A stretch of 64,000 nucleotides of DNA from Priapulus caudatus (taxonomy: Eukaryota), in NCBI RefSeq assembly GCF_000485595.1, contig NW_014577083.1, forward strand, positions 150,932-214,931, in the 5' to 3' direction. The notes beneath the pieces are model-generated. The model was not told the origin of the DNA and did no database searches. It was given only the letters and a program-made list of their open reading frames with translations. Below, one piece after another: positions 1 to 13,354 of this stretch. A program made the position numbers and the translations under genes. The number at the start of each line of letters is the position of its first letter. The first letter of the stretch is position 1.

Positions 1-2546
1 TATATATATATATATATGTATATTATAAAGTTCAGTTTTCCGAATGCAAGTTAAATTATACGAAAAATATTGAAATGACAACAACTGGAGACATAACTAA
101 CTATAACGTTATCACTTTATTAGCTCTCCGGGTGCATATCTGAACCTGATATGCATGTAAAAAGCTAATAAAGTGAAAACGTTAGTGCATAATTATGTCT
201 TCAGTTGTTGTCATTTCAATATTTTCTGTATATATATATAATATACTATTTCTATTTCATGGGTGGGCAGCTCGCCTGCGACTGGTGATTGTAGATATTA
301 AACGAGCTATTAAGTACTATTCGTGTTGCCAAGTATTTTACTCGGCTAGGCGTTTTACTGGCAAAATATTGATCTCGAAAAGGTTTTTAAATACACAATA
401 ACTTCAAACGTACGTTGGCTGTAAAGCTGAGTTCGTTTATTGCTTTCCCATGCGTTAATAAGGGCTACTGATTCATATTAGCCAAGGTGCATACAATCTC
501 TTTAGCAGCACTGTGACACAGCGCCGTGCATAAAGAATAAGGTGAAGAAAGCAAATAAAAACTCAAAATGCTGTAGTGTACGTCGTATTTTATGTATATT
601 CTGGCGCTGTTTTGATTGCCCTATTATTGATATATGCAGTAAAAATGTATCAATTGCAAATACGCGTATATATATATATATCAAAAACTAATAGTACGTG
701 TGTAATATAATATAGTACCGAAAAAATTCGCATTTTGTTGACCAAAGCTTTGTGACCGGATGTATACGATTCCTAAAACTCAAATACGGCGAGAACCTTT
801 CACAAACGAACGTATCAAGAATGAAATCTTACAACCTAACACAGGCGATAGGGTTCCGTTGTAATCTAGCTTTTGTAATGTATCTGACTTAAACCGAAAA
901 TCGGTCGAGTGCGGTGCCCGGAAATTCTTATGCAACAATTGTCATCGAGATCCAACACTTTTGATATAACCTAACGAATGCACGCGACAGACTATTTTAG
1001 TGATAAATCAAAACAATTTGTTGTCGTTTTTTATCTTCTTACTTCGCACGCGACCGGTTTTTGTATTGATTCGATCATGGTCTAGCTACTACGACAGCGT
1101 AATACAAGTTCAAACAAAATTACTTACCCGGTAGGTCTATATCAAGCTCCGTCAATATTACTATTAGGGTGTCATCTTTCCACAGTCTGTCGAAATACAG
1201 ATTGTGAGGTGACTGCGTACAAGCATTTGCAGCTTTTCGCCAAATCGGTCAAAAATTCCGCTTTATTCTATCACTACGCGCTTTCAATGGGCGTCGTTTG
1301 AACCACATATGATCTGAAAAAAGGAAAGCTAATACTGTCATGACGGTACAGCGGCTTGCACATCTTCACGTACAACGCGAATGTGATAGGATAAGGGTAC
1401 GAACGTACGACCATGCCGACGATGAGGGCTGGACAGGAGGTCGGAAAAAGAGATAAACACAGCAAAATGCTCGCTCGTGTATGATCAACGACAAACTATC
1501 ACAACATTAAGCGCATGGGAAGGTTACGGTGTTCAGTCAACTCATCAAATAGAACCATCGAAGAAATACCTAATTATATTTACTATAACAATAATAATAG
1601 CATAAGAAATATCAGTGCGTTCTTGGCAGCCGAAGATAAAAGCGTCTGCGTTTTATTTGTGGCAATGTCGCAGAAACCCTTGCACTGGCAGGTGATGGTG
1701 ATTCAGAGGAAATGAGTTAAAAATGTATAATATAACGTCATATCACAAGTATGAATGGGAATTAATTAACAAGATTTTGACTAATCTGGCTCAGTAGTCT
1801 ATTAATGGATGCAAATGAGTAGTTTTGATGATGAGATGTGAGGATCGTAAGATCAAACCTAAAGAGTTTTATACTTTCTTTAGATTGATATTTTAATAGT
1901 TTTATAAGTTCATCTGGGAATATTTGAGCTGCTTGCACATGCATGTAACAATACGCGTATACGCATATCTTTGAAATGATGCTTAAAATGCAAAAAATCT
2001 ATTCCAATTAATCACCAATTCGCAACAGTCTAACCTCTGCTAGTTTATATACAGTATTAGCCATTTACCCTGTACTAGTTTATCGACAGATAGCTACAGT
2101 CAATCCTCTTATGCGATTTAATCAATAATATATTTCAGTTATTCTTCCTGTGTTAGTTCATCAATAATATATCGCAGTAATCTTCCTCTGATAGCCCATC
2201 AATAATAGAGTGTAGTCATTCTTCCTTTGCTAGCCCATCACCAATATATTACAGCCATGTTTCCTGTGCTACCCCATCGACAATATATTTCAGTCATTCT
2301 TCCTGTGCTAGTTTATCAACAAGATATTTCAGTCATTCTTCCTATGCTACCCAAACAACGATATATCGCAGTCATTCTTCATGGACTAGTGCATCAACAA
2401 TATATTGGCTGTTCTTCCTGTGCTAGTCTATCAAGAGCATCAGTCATTATCTTAGACAACATTGCCGGTGGTGCTACACCGATGTATTGATTTCACTTAT
2501 AATTCAATAACGGTAATTTTAAGTAATGCTGTTAGTGCCAACGCAT
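1..2546. repeat. Segment A, clean copy of a ~2.5 kb sequence repeated at ~6795-11246
   Basis: Colinear matches, e.g. tattataaagttcagttttccgaa (21 vs ~6798), cttacaacctaac (~828 vs ~7808), and a shared end aagtaatgctgttagtgccaacgcat (2521-2546 = 11221-11246). Confidence 0.9.
2025..2460. repeat. Degenerate ~39-bp tandem repeat (cagtcattcttcctgtgctagtttatcaacaagatattt-like), about 10 copies
   Basis: Periodic recurrence of cagt(c/t)attcttcct(g/a)tgcta; repeated in the second copy at ~10690-11150. Confidence 0.75.
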
Positions 2547-4035
2547 AAACGCACGCATGCAAACAAATACTCAAACACGCGCGCACACGCAAGAGAGGAG
2601 AGAGAACAATTGAGATAGAAAGCGTGATGGACAGAGAAAGGCGGTATGAGAGAGGGGGCGATAAAATGATACAGTTAGACATGCACTGCGAGTGAGTTTT
2701 AATTTCGGAGAGAAGGAAATGCCCGTAAAATTCTTAGCCAAAACTCTACTGAGGCCATATATAGATTTTTTTGTGGTTTAAATTAAAGTCATTGACGGGT
2801 AATCTTATGCAAATTCAAATACACCTTTTCGAGTACGCGACGTTTCATTTAAATTATTCAGATAAATCACAGCCCCCACTTTGACGTTAAGCGGTTAGTG
2901 CGCGATGCACGCGTATTCTCATTATTAGTGTAGCAAGCAAAACAAAAATTGCTTATGTGGTTTATACACAGGGCTAATATAACTCGATATGCGCTGTTTG
3001 TGCAAGAGTTCTCAAGTTAAAATAATTATTTTCTAGCGCTCTTTGCATAGCTTGGATTTTCAGGTGACAGACACTGGTAGTTTTAATTAACGACATAAAA
3101 TTATGTAATTATCATATGTAAAGTTTATTCTCTTAAATCGGCGTCAACTCCTTACGCCTCCAAACTACGGAAAACAACACAAATTGCTGAGATATCAATA
3201 TACGCAATAGATGTGGGTTAGTTGACCATTCAAGTCGATATGATCAAATTCGTACTTACCTTGCATTTTATAACCACTAAAAAACTGCGGCCTTTATTAA
3301 GGCAATATTGTTTTATTCGGAACCCCGCGGGTGTATACGAACGAGCTGGCGCGGATCAACATGTAAGTAGAAACGCAGTACGAAGCATAGTGTTGGTACA
3401 CACCTAAAACCTGAATTATGCATAGTTTCTCTACTTGTTTATGCACTAGCTTGGTGTCAGGAAACACCAGGCAAACCTATTTCGCACACGCTGTTCCGTG
3501 TAGCAGCGTATATCGACATTCAACATTATATGCGTGTTGTCTGGCTGCTGTCGTTGATCAACGTAAACACCTCGCTTGAATGCATGGGTGATGAATGTCG
3601 TTACGGCGAACTATTTTAGATCCAACTTAGAGTCTATGCTGTCGTTGTTTTCAATGTGATAAAATACTGCATGGAACAAATTTAAAGGAATTACTTTAAA
3701 CAGGCTTCTTAACCGTTATCGTATTTTTACGACCACTACAGTACTAACTGTTATTGCTTGCGCGATAACAGCAAGTGTTTAAAGTAAGGCTAGCGTGTCT
3801 TAGAACACTCGTGCATCGTTATTTTCACGAGAATATACTACGATTGAGATCTGTTTGTTTACATCGCGTTGGCGCGGTTACATCATGACGCCACTTGATG
3901 ATTGATCGATGATTTGATTGATTACACAGTCAATGATATGCACTTTTGTCTGGTGGTTGCCGATTTTAAGGGAATTGTTGTATACTCAAAAAATTTGACT
4001 GCATTATATGCTATTTTATGAATGTACTTATTTTG

Positions 4036-4068
<33 letters not shown>

Positions 4069-4762
4069 TTATATATATATAGGTTATATATTTATATTTT
4101 TTTATATTACTACGATTGATAGCTATGTGTTTACACCACGTTGACAAACGGTTACATGCGGTTACATGCGGTTACATGCGCACGCAAAGCATTACAAAGT
4201 ATAGCAGCATGCGCTGCAAGCTGATCATTAATATAGTATGCGCAGGTCTTGTGAGACTTCAATAGGCGGGGGTTCTCAGCCAAACCGAAAGTGCATAAGA
4301 GCAGATAAATGCCAGATATTGTCCCTTTAAAATGGTTTATCTATAATTTTGACAATGTGTGCTCAAACACATTATACTTAATATAGCATCATGCATTTTT
4401 CGTCGTGACAGCGAGCGGATTTACTCGTATGCTGGCCATGTCGTATAAACATAGCATGTGCCACTTCCACAGTTGATCTGTCATAGGTAAGCGGGCGCTG
4501 CGAACTTTACGACGATTGTAAAGTTTACAGGGCCGTCTACGCGAGATCACATATATACATTAAGCAGTAGGAACATTGCGTGCCTGCCTGATCACTGTTA
4601 TCGCGATTAGCAATGTCGACGCTGAGCGCTGCATCGATGCATCATGCAGGATTCTGTCGTTACATGGGAAACATTTCGATGGCAGGTTGATTACCGTGAT
4701 TAGGCTGAAACCTGTGCTACTGTTTGACCTGCATACCCACCTGTGTCCCTCACTCCAGCCTC

Positions 4763-6665
4763 TTACCTCCTCCACCATGCATCAATCACACTAGCTTCTT
4801 ACCTCCTCCACCATGCATCAATCACACTAGCTTCTTACCTCCTCCACCATGCATCAATCACACTAGCTTCTTACCTCCTCCACCATACATCAATCACGCG
4901 AGAGAGAGCATGCCTCCACCCATGCAATCATCACACTAGCTTCTTACCCTCCGTCCACAATTGCATCAATCAACACACAAGCTTCTTACCTGACCGCTGC
5001 CAATACAATCATCAGCACTGAAGCTGTCTAATACCGTTCCTCCACCATGCATCACTATCCAACTAGCTTCCTGAACGTCCTCCATCCATGACATCAATAC
5101 ATAGAGCTCTTCCTACTTCCTGCCACCACTGGAATGCAGTCTCAATCAGCGCATGTAGCTGCCTTAACCTATCCTCTCCACAATGCTCAATCACACTAGC
5201 TTCTTACATCCTCTTTACATGGCGCATCATCATTCACACTGCGCTTCTAAGACCGGTCTCTATTCTCGAGCCATGTCATTCGAATCCTTCACACTACGCT
5301 TGTCTTAGCCGAATAGTCTCTCCACCGACGTTGGCATGCATTCATATTCAGCCACCCTAGCTTTCTTACATCTCCTCTCTACATCATGAATTCACTTTCA
5401 GACTTCCTACCCTATTAGTCCTCACCATGACATCTTCAATTTCACATTGTTGCCCGGGGCACCTTAGCTCCCCTACCGTCCTCTACTAGCCATGCATCAA
5501 TCACTACTAGCTCTTACCGCCTGCCTTCCACCATTGCCACTCACACATACTTTCCTATCTCCTCACCATCAACTCAATCACACTACTTTCTTACTCCCAC
5601 TCATGCATCAACTGCACACTAACTCTACGTCTCTCTCCACCATCGCAGTCAATTCGACCAATCTAGGCTTCTTCACCCCTCCTTGCCTTTCCTCTTCGTC
5701 TCGTGGTTCATCGCCGGATGGCTCAATCACCTAGTCTTCTTACCCCGTCCTCCCACCATCAACCCCAGCTCAATCACACTAACTTCTTGTACCCCCCACG
5801 TCATGTATCAATCTCACACCTAGCTTCTTCGACTGCCCTCCTTCTCCCCCACCGATGCCATTTCGCAACCATTATCTCCTGGCGCGCTACACGTGGTTCG
5901 TATCTCTCCCGGCTGTTTCTCCTACCATATCAGTCACCTCTGATGTCAGCTAGTTTCTCTACCTCCTTAGCCGCACCATGCAGTTACTATTGGTGACTAT
6001 GTCGTTTATCTTCTTTTACCCTCCTCCCAGCCTTCCTCAGACTTCCACTCATAGTCCGTTCTTCTGTACTACTTTTAGTCCTCCCACAAAGTGTCAATCA
6101 CCTGCCGTTCTTGACTTTTGTTCTCCCCATTGTTCATCGAATGCAGCACTTTGTTGTAGCCTTCTTACTCCTCATCCTATACATCAACACGATTCTTAGC
6201 TTCTTAAGCCCCTACCACCAGTGTCATTCAATTCGACTTTGGCGCGTAGTCTGCCTACTCGTCCTCCCACCCATGCATCAATGCCCACTAGCTTCCTTAC
6301 CTTCCTGCCAATAACATCAACCTGCGACACTAGCTCTACCTCCTCCACCCATGCATCAATCCCACTAGCTTTCTTACCTCCCCACCCATGCATCATTACA
6401 CCTACCTTTTACCCTCCTCCACCAGTGCATCAACTCACCACTAGCTTAATCTTACCTCCTCCACCATTGCCTTAATCAACTAGGCTCTTACCTTTCTCCA
6501 CCATGCCATCAATCACACTCAGCTTCCTATCTCCTCTACTCCATACTCAATTCACACAGCTTCTTACTCCTTCACCATGCATTAATCACACCTAGCTTCT
6601 TCACCTCCTCCACCATGCATCAATGCCGTCCTGCCTCTCTGCCGCTCTACCTTCCTCCCCACCAT
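4763..6665. repeat. 36-bp minisatellite (ttacctcctccaccatgcatcaatcacactagcttc)n
   Basis: About three perfect units at 4763-4870, then increasingly indel-corrupted units to ~6660; no spacers. Confidence 0.9.
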
Positions 6666-6794
6666 GCACATATATACATATATATATCATTACATATAAT
6701 ATATACATTATATATATATATACATCTATATATAGCATGTTACATGGAGTTGGACTATGATCTATTATATTATATAGTATAGCTATACTATATA

Positions 6795-9700
6795 TTATAT
6801 TATAAAGTCAGTTTTCCGAAGCAAGTTAATTATACGAAAACATATTGAAATACAACAAACTGGAATGACATAACTAACTATAACGTGTAGTCCTTAATTA
6901 GCATTCTCGCGGCTGTGCCATATTCTGAAACACACCCCTGAATAGCCACTGTAAAGACGCTACATAAACGTCGAAAAACCGTTACGTGCAAATTACGTCA
7001 TTCAGTTGGCTTAGCTCCATCTTCAAATATTTCTGTCATACTCTATATATAATATACATTGCTAATCTTGGGTGGGCAGCCCCTCGCCGCGACTGAGGAG
7101 TCCATAACGTACCTGATACACAACGACGCATACTAAGGTACTGACATTCGTCGCTGCCAAGTATTTACTCGCTAGCCGCGTTCCTGGGCCAAACCATACT
7201 TGATCTCGAAAAGGGACCACACTACCACACACACAAACACACACACGTACGTTGGCTGTAACGCGTCGAGTTCGTATATTTGCTTTCCATCTGGCGTTAT
7301 ATGATAGGCCGCCTGACGAGCCTCATTATCTAGCCCCCCCACGAACGTCATCACATACCTTTATGCAAGCCACTGTGACCACCCCCCCACCCCCCCCCGC
7401 CGCCCCGGCCGCCCGTAGCATAAGAATAAGGTGCAACAACACACATCATACACAAACTCAAATGCCCTCCAGCTACACAACAAATACCGATATCCCTCTT
7501 CAGGGGTGTTGATAGGTCCTATGCTGTGGCCGCTGTAAACAACAACTCGCCCTAACACACACCCAACACACTCACACAACAATGTATCACACACACATGC
7601 AAATGGACCTATATTACCTCATATAAAAAACAATCAGGTACCTACGTGTGGTTATCATCAATAGTCACGTTGAAAAAATCGCATTTGCTGGACTAAAAGC
7701 TTGTGACGCACGGATGTATCAGAGCGATTCCTAAATCAAATACGGGGCCGATACGTCACAGGGCGAGAACCTTCCACGCAACGCTCATCGACGCAAACTG
7801 TTGAAATCTTACATCGTAACCTACGAACGACAAGCTGATTAAGGGTTTGCGTTCGTAATCTACGCTTTGCTAATATATTCTGACTAAATCACCGACAAAT
7901 CGGTGCCTCGAGTGCGAGTGCCCGGAAGATTCTTGATGCAAGAACTTTCTTCGAGATCGCAACACTTTGCATAGTAACCTACGAACGAATCGCTACGGGC
8001 CCATGCAGGACAGGGCTGCAAAATTTGTCTAACAAAACTCATCTCGTCACGAAACATCCATGTTGTGAACGCCTGTTGTGTGTTCGAACAAAAACTCGCA
8101 ATCTGATCATCTGTACCAAAACAATTGAAACACAAAATCAACTTCTGTAATCCGGCTCCACAAAACCAATTTTGTACAACACAAAACTTCAATTCGGTCA
8201 ACCGTTCCAAGAAACTCTATCTGTTGAACAACATTCAAACTCAAATTCTGTCATCCTTCCAAGACTCCAATCTAAGTCGAACCCCGGTTCAACAAACTTT
8301 CAATTTGTGAAAGCACACAAACTCAATTCTTCGAAACCGGTTCCACCAAAATAATTCTCTTGTAAACACAAAACTCCATCTGATCAACCGGTTCCACCAA
8401 ACTCGATTTTGTTGCCCCAACTATGGCCCCGCGCGCTGTCAGAAAGGGCTAAGCGATTGTCCAGAAACTGGGCCTGGAGAAATGTGTCATGGTCGCCATC
8501 CTTGTTTCTTCTGACCAATTCGTAAAAGCTTCTTACATGCGTGTTGCGCATATTTGGCGCACAAAATTCGAGTTTCTGTGGAACCGTCGACAGAAATTGA
8601 GTTTGGTTTACAAATTGAGTTTTGGGTACAGATCGACGGAGAATCGAGTTTGTTGGACTGACTGGGGCTGGCAGTGCAGGACAGGCCTAACAGTCCGTCC
8701 GAGCGACGCGGTTCGCGGACCAAACAGCTCGATTTTGTGCCGCGGGGGGGGCGCAAGCTGATATGGAAAGAGCACGCGGGCGGGCATGATAACGCGCGTA
8801 AGGTGTGCGTAGCGGATTCGGTGCAGAGCGAAAACGCGATATGGTATAGACCTTCTTGACAGTGCGCGTGATGGCCATAGCCTTTGGGCAGCGAGAACGC
8901 GAGCGTGTCTGTGGAACGGTTCGGACAGAACTTGAGTTTGTGCTTTAGCATAAATGTGAGTTGTGTTGGTACGACAGACGACAGAATTAGAGTTCTTGTG
9001 TTCACGAAGAGATTGGAGTTTTCGTGTGGAAGAGCGGCGGGCGCCATGGCAGGACAGGGCTCAGCATTAGGCTGTGCGAAAGCCGGGGGTCCGGCTCCCA
9101 CAAGAACTTGGCAAACGTCGGATTTGTTGCCGGAAATATGGCACAGACGCACGTGAAGAAGGGCTACCGATCTGGTCAAGAGAAACCCAATGGTAGCCGC
9201 TTCTAAATGCGTTGTGGCGCATACATGTCTGGGCCAACCACAACATCGAGCTTCTGTGAACCGGTCCCGTCGAGCCAGGAAATTGAGCTTGTGGTGGTCC
9301 ATCAAAATCTGTGAGGTTTTGTGCAGGACAGGACTGCCAGAGATTGGAGTTTTGCTGTTCTAGCGAAAATTGAGTTGTGGAACCGTCTCCACAGAATGTC
9401 GAGTTTTGTGTTTTACAAACATTGAGTTCTGTGCTGAACCGGTTCCGACAGAAGGTGAGTTTTGGTGGTTACCACAAGAAATATGAGTTTTTGGAACCGG
9501 TGTTGACAGAATGAGTTTGTGTTCACAGAAATTGAGTTTTTGTGGGAACAGGGATGACAGAATGAGTTTTGTGTCACAAAATCATTTTTGTCAAGTTATA
9601 GTAAAAAATGCCTGTCCTGCATGCGCCGCCGTAAATGGCACCGCGAAAGACCTATTAGTTGATAAATCAAAACAATTGTTGTCGTTTTTTATCTCTTGAC

Positions 9701-11246
9701 TTCGCGACGCTGACCGGTTTTTGTATGATCGAATCATGTCTAGCTACTCACGACAGGCGTAACTACCCAAGTTCAGACAAAGATTACTTACCGTAGGCCT
9801 ATATCAACTCCGTCATAGTTACTATTGAGGGGTCATCTTTCACAAGTCTGTCGAAATACAGATTGTGAGTGACTGCGTACAAGCATTGTCAAGCTTTTGC
9901 CAATCGGCAAAAATTCCGCTTATTCTAATCACTACGCGCTCCAATGGGCGTTGTTGAACCACATACTGATCTCGAAAAAAGAAAGCTAATACTGTCATGA
10001 CGGTACAGCTCCGTTGCCCATTTCACGTACAACGCGCAAGTGATAGGGGATAAGGGTAGCAACGTACGACCAGGCCGACGAATAGGGCTGGAAGAGGTCG
10101 GAAAGGAATATACAGCAGCAAAATGCTTCGCTCGTGTATGATCACGACACAACTATGCCACACAATTAAGGCGCAATGCATGGAAGGTTAGGGTGTTCAG
10201 GTCACTCATCAAATAGCATCAGCGAATAAGAATACTATATATATTTACTATAAAATAAAATAGCAAAGCAATATCAGTGCGTTCTTGCAGCGCGAAGATA
10301 AAGCGTCTGCGTTTTAGTTTTGGCAATGTCGCAGAAACCACTCTGCACGGCTAGGTGATGTGATCTCGGAGGAGGAAATGAGTTGCAAATGTATATGATA
10401 CGCTCATACGTGACAAGATGAATGGAATTAATTACAGATTATTGACTAATCTGCTCAGTAGTCTGCTAATTAATAAGACGCAAATGAGTATTTTTGATGA
10501 TAGAGTGAGGATCGAAGATCAACTAAGAAGGTGTCTAGTTTCTCTTAGATTGTAATTTTAAATAGTGTTATAAGTTCATCCTGGGGATATTGAGCTGCGT
10601 TGCCATGCCATGTAATGCATACGCATACGCACATCTTGACATGATGATTAAATGCAAAAAATTATTCCAAATTAATGCACCAATGTCGCACACAGTCACC
10701 CTTCTGCTAGTTAATATACAGTATTAGCGCATGTACCTCTGTACTAGTTTAATCGACAAGATAGCTACAGTCAATCCTCTATGCGATTTAATCAGATAAT
10801 ACATTTCAGTTATTCTTCCTGTGTTAGTTCATCAATAATAATCTGGCAGTAATCCTCCTCCTGAGCTAGGCCGCATCAATAATAGAGGTAGTCATTCTTT
10901 CTCTTTTGCTAGCGCACACCGAATATATTAGCAGCCATGTTTTCCTGGTGATACCCCTCGAAAATATTGTCAGTCATTCATTCTGTGCTGCGTTTATTCA
11001 ACAAGATATTCAGTCATTACTTCTACTGCTACCCGCAACTAACGATATATCGCAGTCATTCTGTTCATGGAACAGTGCATCAACATATATTGGCTGTTCT
11101 CTCCTGTGCTTATGTCTATCAAAAGCATGCAGTCATTATCCTAGACAACATTGCCGGGTGTTGCTAGCACACCGATATGACGTATTGACTTTTCACTTAT
11201 AATTCAATAACGGTAATTTTAAGTAATGCTGTTAGTGCCAACGCAT
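6795..11246. repeat. Segment A', noisy second copy of 1-2546 carrying a 1.64 kb insertion
   Basis: Colinear with 1-2546 but with many 1-3 nt indels typical of uncorrected long reads; interrupted at 7994-9633. Confidence 0.85.
7994..9633. mobile_element. Foldback-type non-autonomous TIR element with modular inverted subrepeat arms
   Basis: Ends TACGGGCCCATGCAGGACAGG / CCTGTCCTGCATGCGCCGCCGTA are inverted. Left arm repeats acaaaactcaattctgtcgaaccggttcc-like units and the right arm their reverse complement. Absent from the homologous site at ~975-985; probable AATGC TSD. Confidence 0.75.
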
Positions 11247-11839
11247 GGAATTAATATAGTTCAATCTAGAAAAAATTCTTAAAATAACGTGAGCATAATA
11301 GGGTCGATGCGCACACGCTCACGCGCCAACATAAGCTCATTAACATAAAAATTCACAGTGTCACACGCTCCCGCGGAGTAATGCTAGATCATGCCGACTT
11401 TTGTGAATGTTTATCAAACGTATTTCTTTCCCATGATGCGGGGGTGGTGTAGAAGTAGCTGTGAATGCTCCCATAGTAAGATATCCCCGCCCCGGGTAGG
11501 CGTTCGCTGCGTAGTGACTAGATAGGAAACTTGTGATATTGGTGTAAAAAAAGGTTAGTAAGTAGGAGAGAGTCCTCTGCCTGGAGTCTGTCTGAACGAA
11601 ACGTATTACGTGCGTCATGCAGTCTCGGAATGTGAAGCCGACTCAGATAATGCAGGAGCTAAAAATGCAGAGCCATAAATCAGATGAATTGTTATGTGCA
11701 CTTTTTAACGAAATCCTGAAAATTATACTAGCACACAGTTAGTTTAAGATATGGACATTCATATGAGATCAGGTACCCATCTCTATCACATAACGAAAGC
11801 GATTGAAGTTCACCAGTAAAGTAATGTGATAAGAAATAT

Positions 11840-11874
11840 CAGGAGTAGATAATAGTCCCTATTATCTACTCCTG
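11840..11874. mobile_element. 35-bp P-like hairpin (16+3+16) with 7-bp TSD GAAATAT
   Basis: gaaatat|CAGGAGTAGATAATAG tcc CTATTATCTACTCCTG|gaaatat read directly. Confidence 0.85.
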
Positions 11875-12672
11875 GAAATATTGAACAAGATGCAAGAAAT
11901 TACGTCATATAAATTATTGTTAATTACTGTTAATTAGTATTAAGACATAATCGAAAGTGATGTCACATATAACCTGATATGTCTTAACAGTGATTTATAT
12001 TAATCAGTGTAACGTCGTAGAGCTACGCCCGACGAAAGATGAACACGTTTAGACATTTTCTGATTTAAAGATTTATTATTATATCTAATTTAGCAAGCAC
12101 GTCGTAATAACGCACGCGAAATGGATGTACTCGTCGACAAGAGAATTGATGATGCCGAACGCTTACTAATACCTCGCAGGAGGTTAACCAAATTCACTCG
12201 AAGCCACAAATGCAGCAGACGAAGATAGATAGACTTCGTGTGCATGCATGGACAAAGAGTGTTATAGCGCGTGTAATATTATAGTAGTATGTCTAGAAAT
12301 CGCATCTCGTTCTGCGAAATGAAATATGGCAGCATTGATAACGTTATAGCTGCCATGAATCTATACGCAATACAATGATAGTTTTAACAGTGTGTGATTT
12401 TAAAAAGCTCTGTGATTTTTTTTATAGGTTTGCGTCTGCGCAATAAATTTAGTCAATTAAGGACTGATCGTTCCGAATAAAGGTTAGGTATTAGTTAGAT
12501 AACAACTTTGCTGCGGGTACGTCATGCAGTTTTTTTACTGAGCTTGAAAAGGAAGAGGGTCAAACTAAAGCAACTTTTTGTTTAATTGATCAATTGATTG
12601 ATTGTTTATTTAGTTAGGTAAGTATCAGAGAATACATTGTAAACAATAAGTACGTACTATTAAGTACGCCAT

Positions 12673-12935
12673 TACGCCACGCCACGACACGCTACGCCAC
12701 GCCACGCCACGCCACGCCACGCCACGCCACGCTACGCTACGCCACGCCACGCCACGCTACGCTACGCCACGCCACGCCACGCTACGCCACGCTACTACTC
12801 CACACCACGCCACGCTACGCCACGCTACGCCACGCCACGCCACGCTACGCCACGCCACGCTACGCCACGCCACGCTACGCCACGCCACGCCACGCCACGC
12901 TGTGGCGTGGCGTGGCGTGGCGTGCTACGCTGCCA
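12673..12935. repeat. Pentanucleotide array (ACGCC/ACGCT)n with inverted (GGCGT)n tail
   Basis: Direct reading. Confidence 0.9.
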
Positions 12936-13225
12936 CACCACACCGCAGCACACAAATTTTATATAAATATAATTAAACTATATATACTCTATTATTGTTT
13001 TGCCATTATTATTATTGTTATTATTATTATTATTATTATTCATTGATGTGTTTGTGTTGCGATTGCGTAATACATATGCCCCAAACGTAATTATTATGGA
13101 CTAACAAAATATCGGAATAATAATATATAATAAGATATCGGCATTATATACTTTGCATGCATACAAAATGGTTATAATCATCATGCTTAAGATGCCGTCG
13201 TTTAGACACGTATTTGCTATTCCAG

Positions 13226-13354
13226 AAACTCCGCTATGGCTGCTGATGATCGTAGCGCCGATAAAAAACGAAAAGGACAAAGTCGTCCTCTTCCTCTGCA
13301 CTTTCAAGGACATCACAGCACTCAAACAACCTATCAACGAGAATGACGAGATAG
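13226..13354 (+). CDS. eag: eag K+ channel exon (end of PAS/PAC domain); first exon visible in window
   Basis: tccag|aa act...ata g|gtaacc; [36 protein letters not shown] matches the eag/Kv10 PAC region; phase 1-1. Confidence 0.93.

Noticed and set aside
3682..4330. Kolobok-like element (TTAA...GTCCCT TTAA)
   Set aside because: Only the right end looks convincing; the left match is too weak.
4763..6665. 36-bp repeat as a CRISPR array
   Set aside because: Units are head-to-tail with no spacers, there are no cas genes, and the context is eukaryotic.
1..13225. Upstream eag exons (PAS cap and PAS core)
   Set aside because: No PQNTFLE, NAQIVD or LLYKKN-type peptide with splice sites was found by eye; these exons are presumably upstream of the window.
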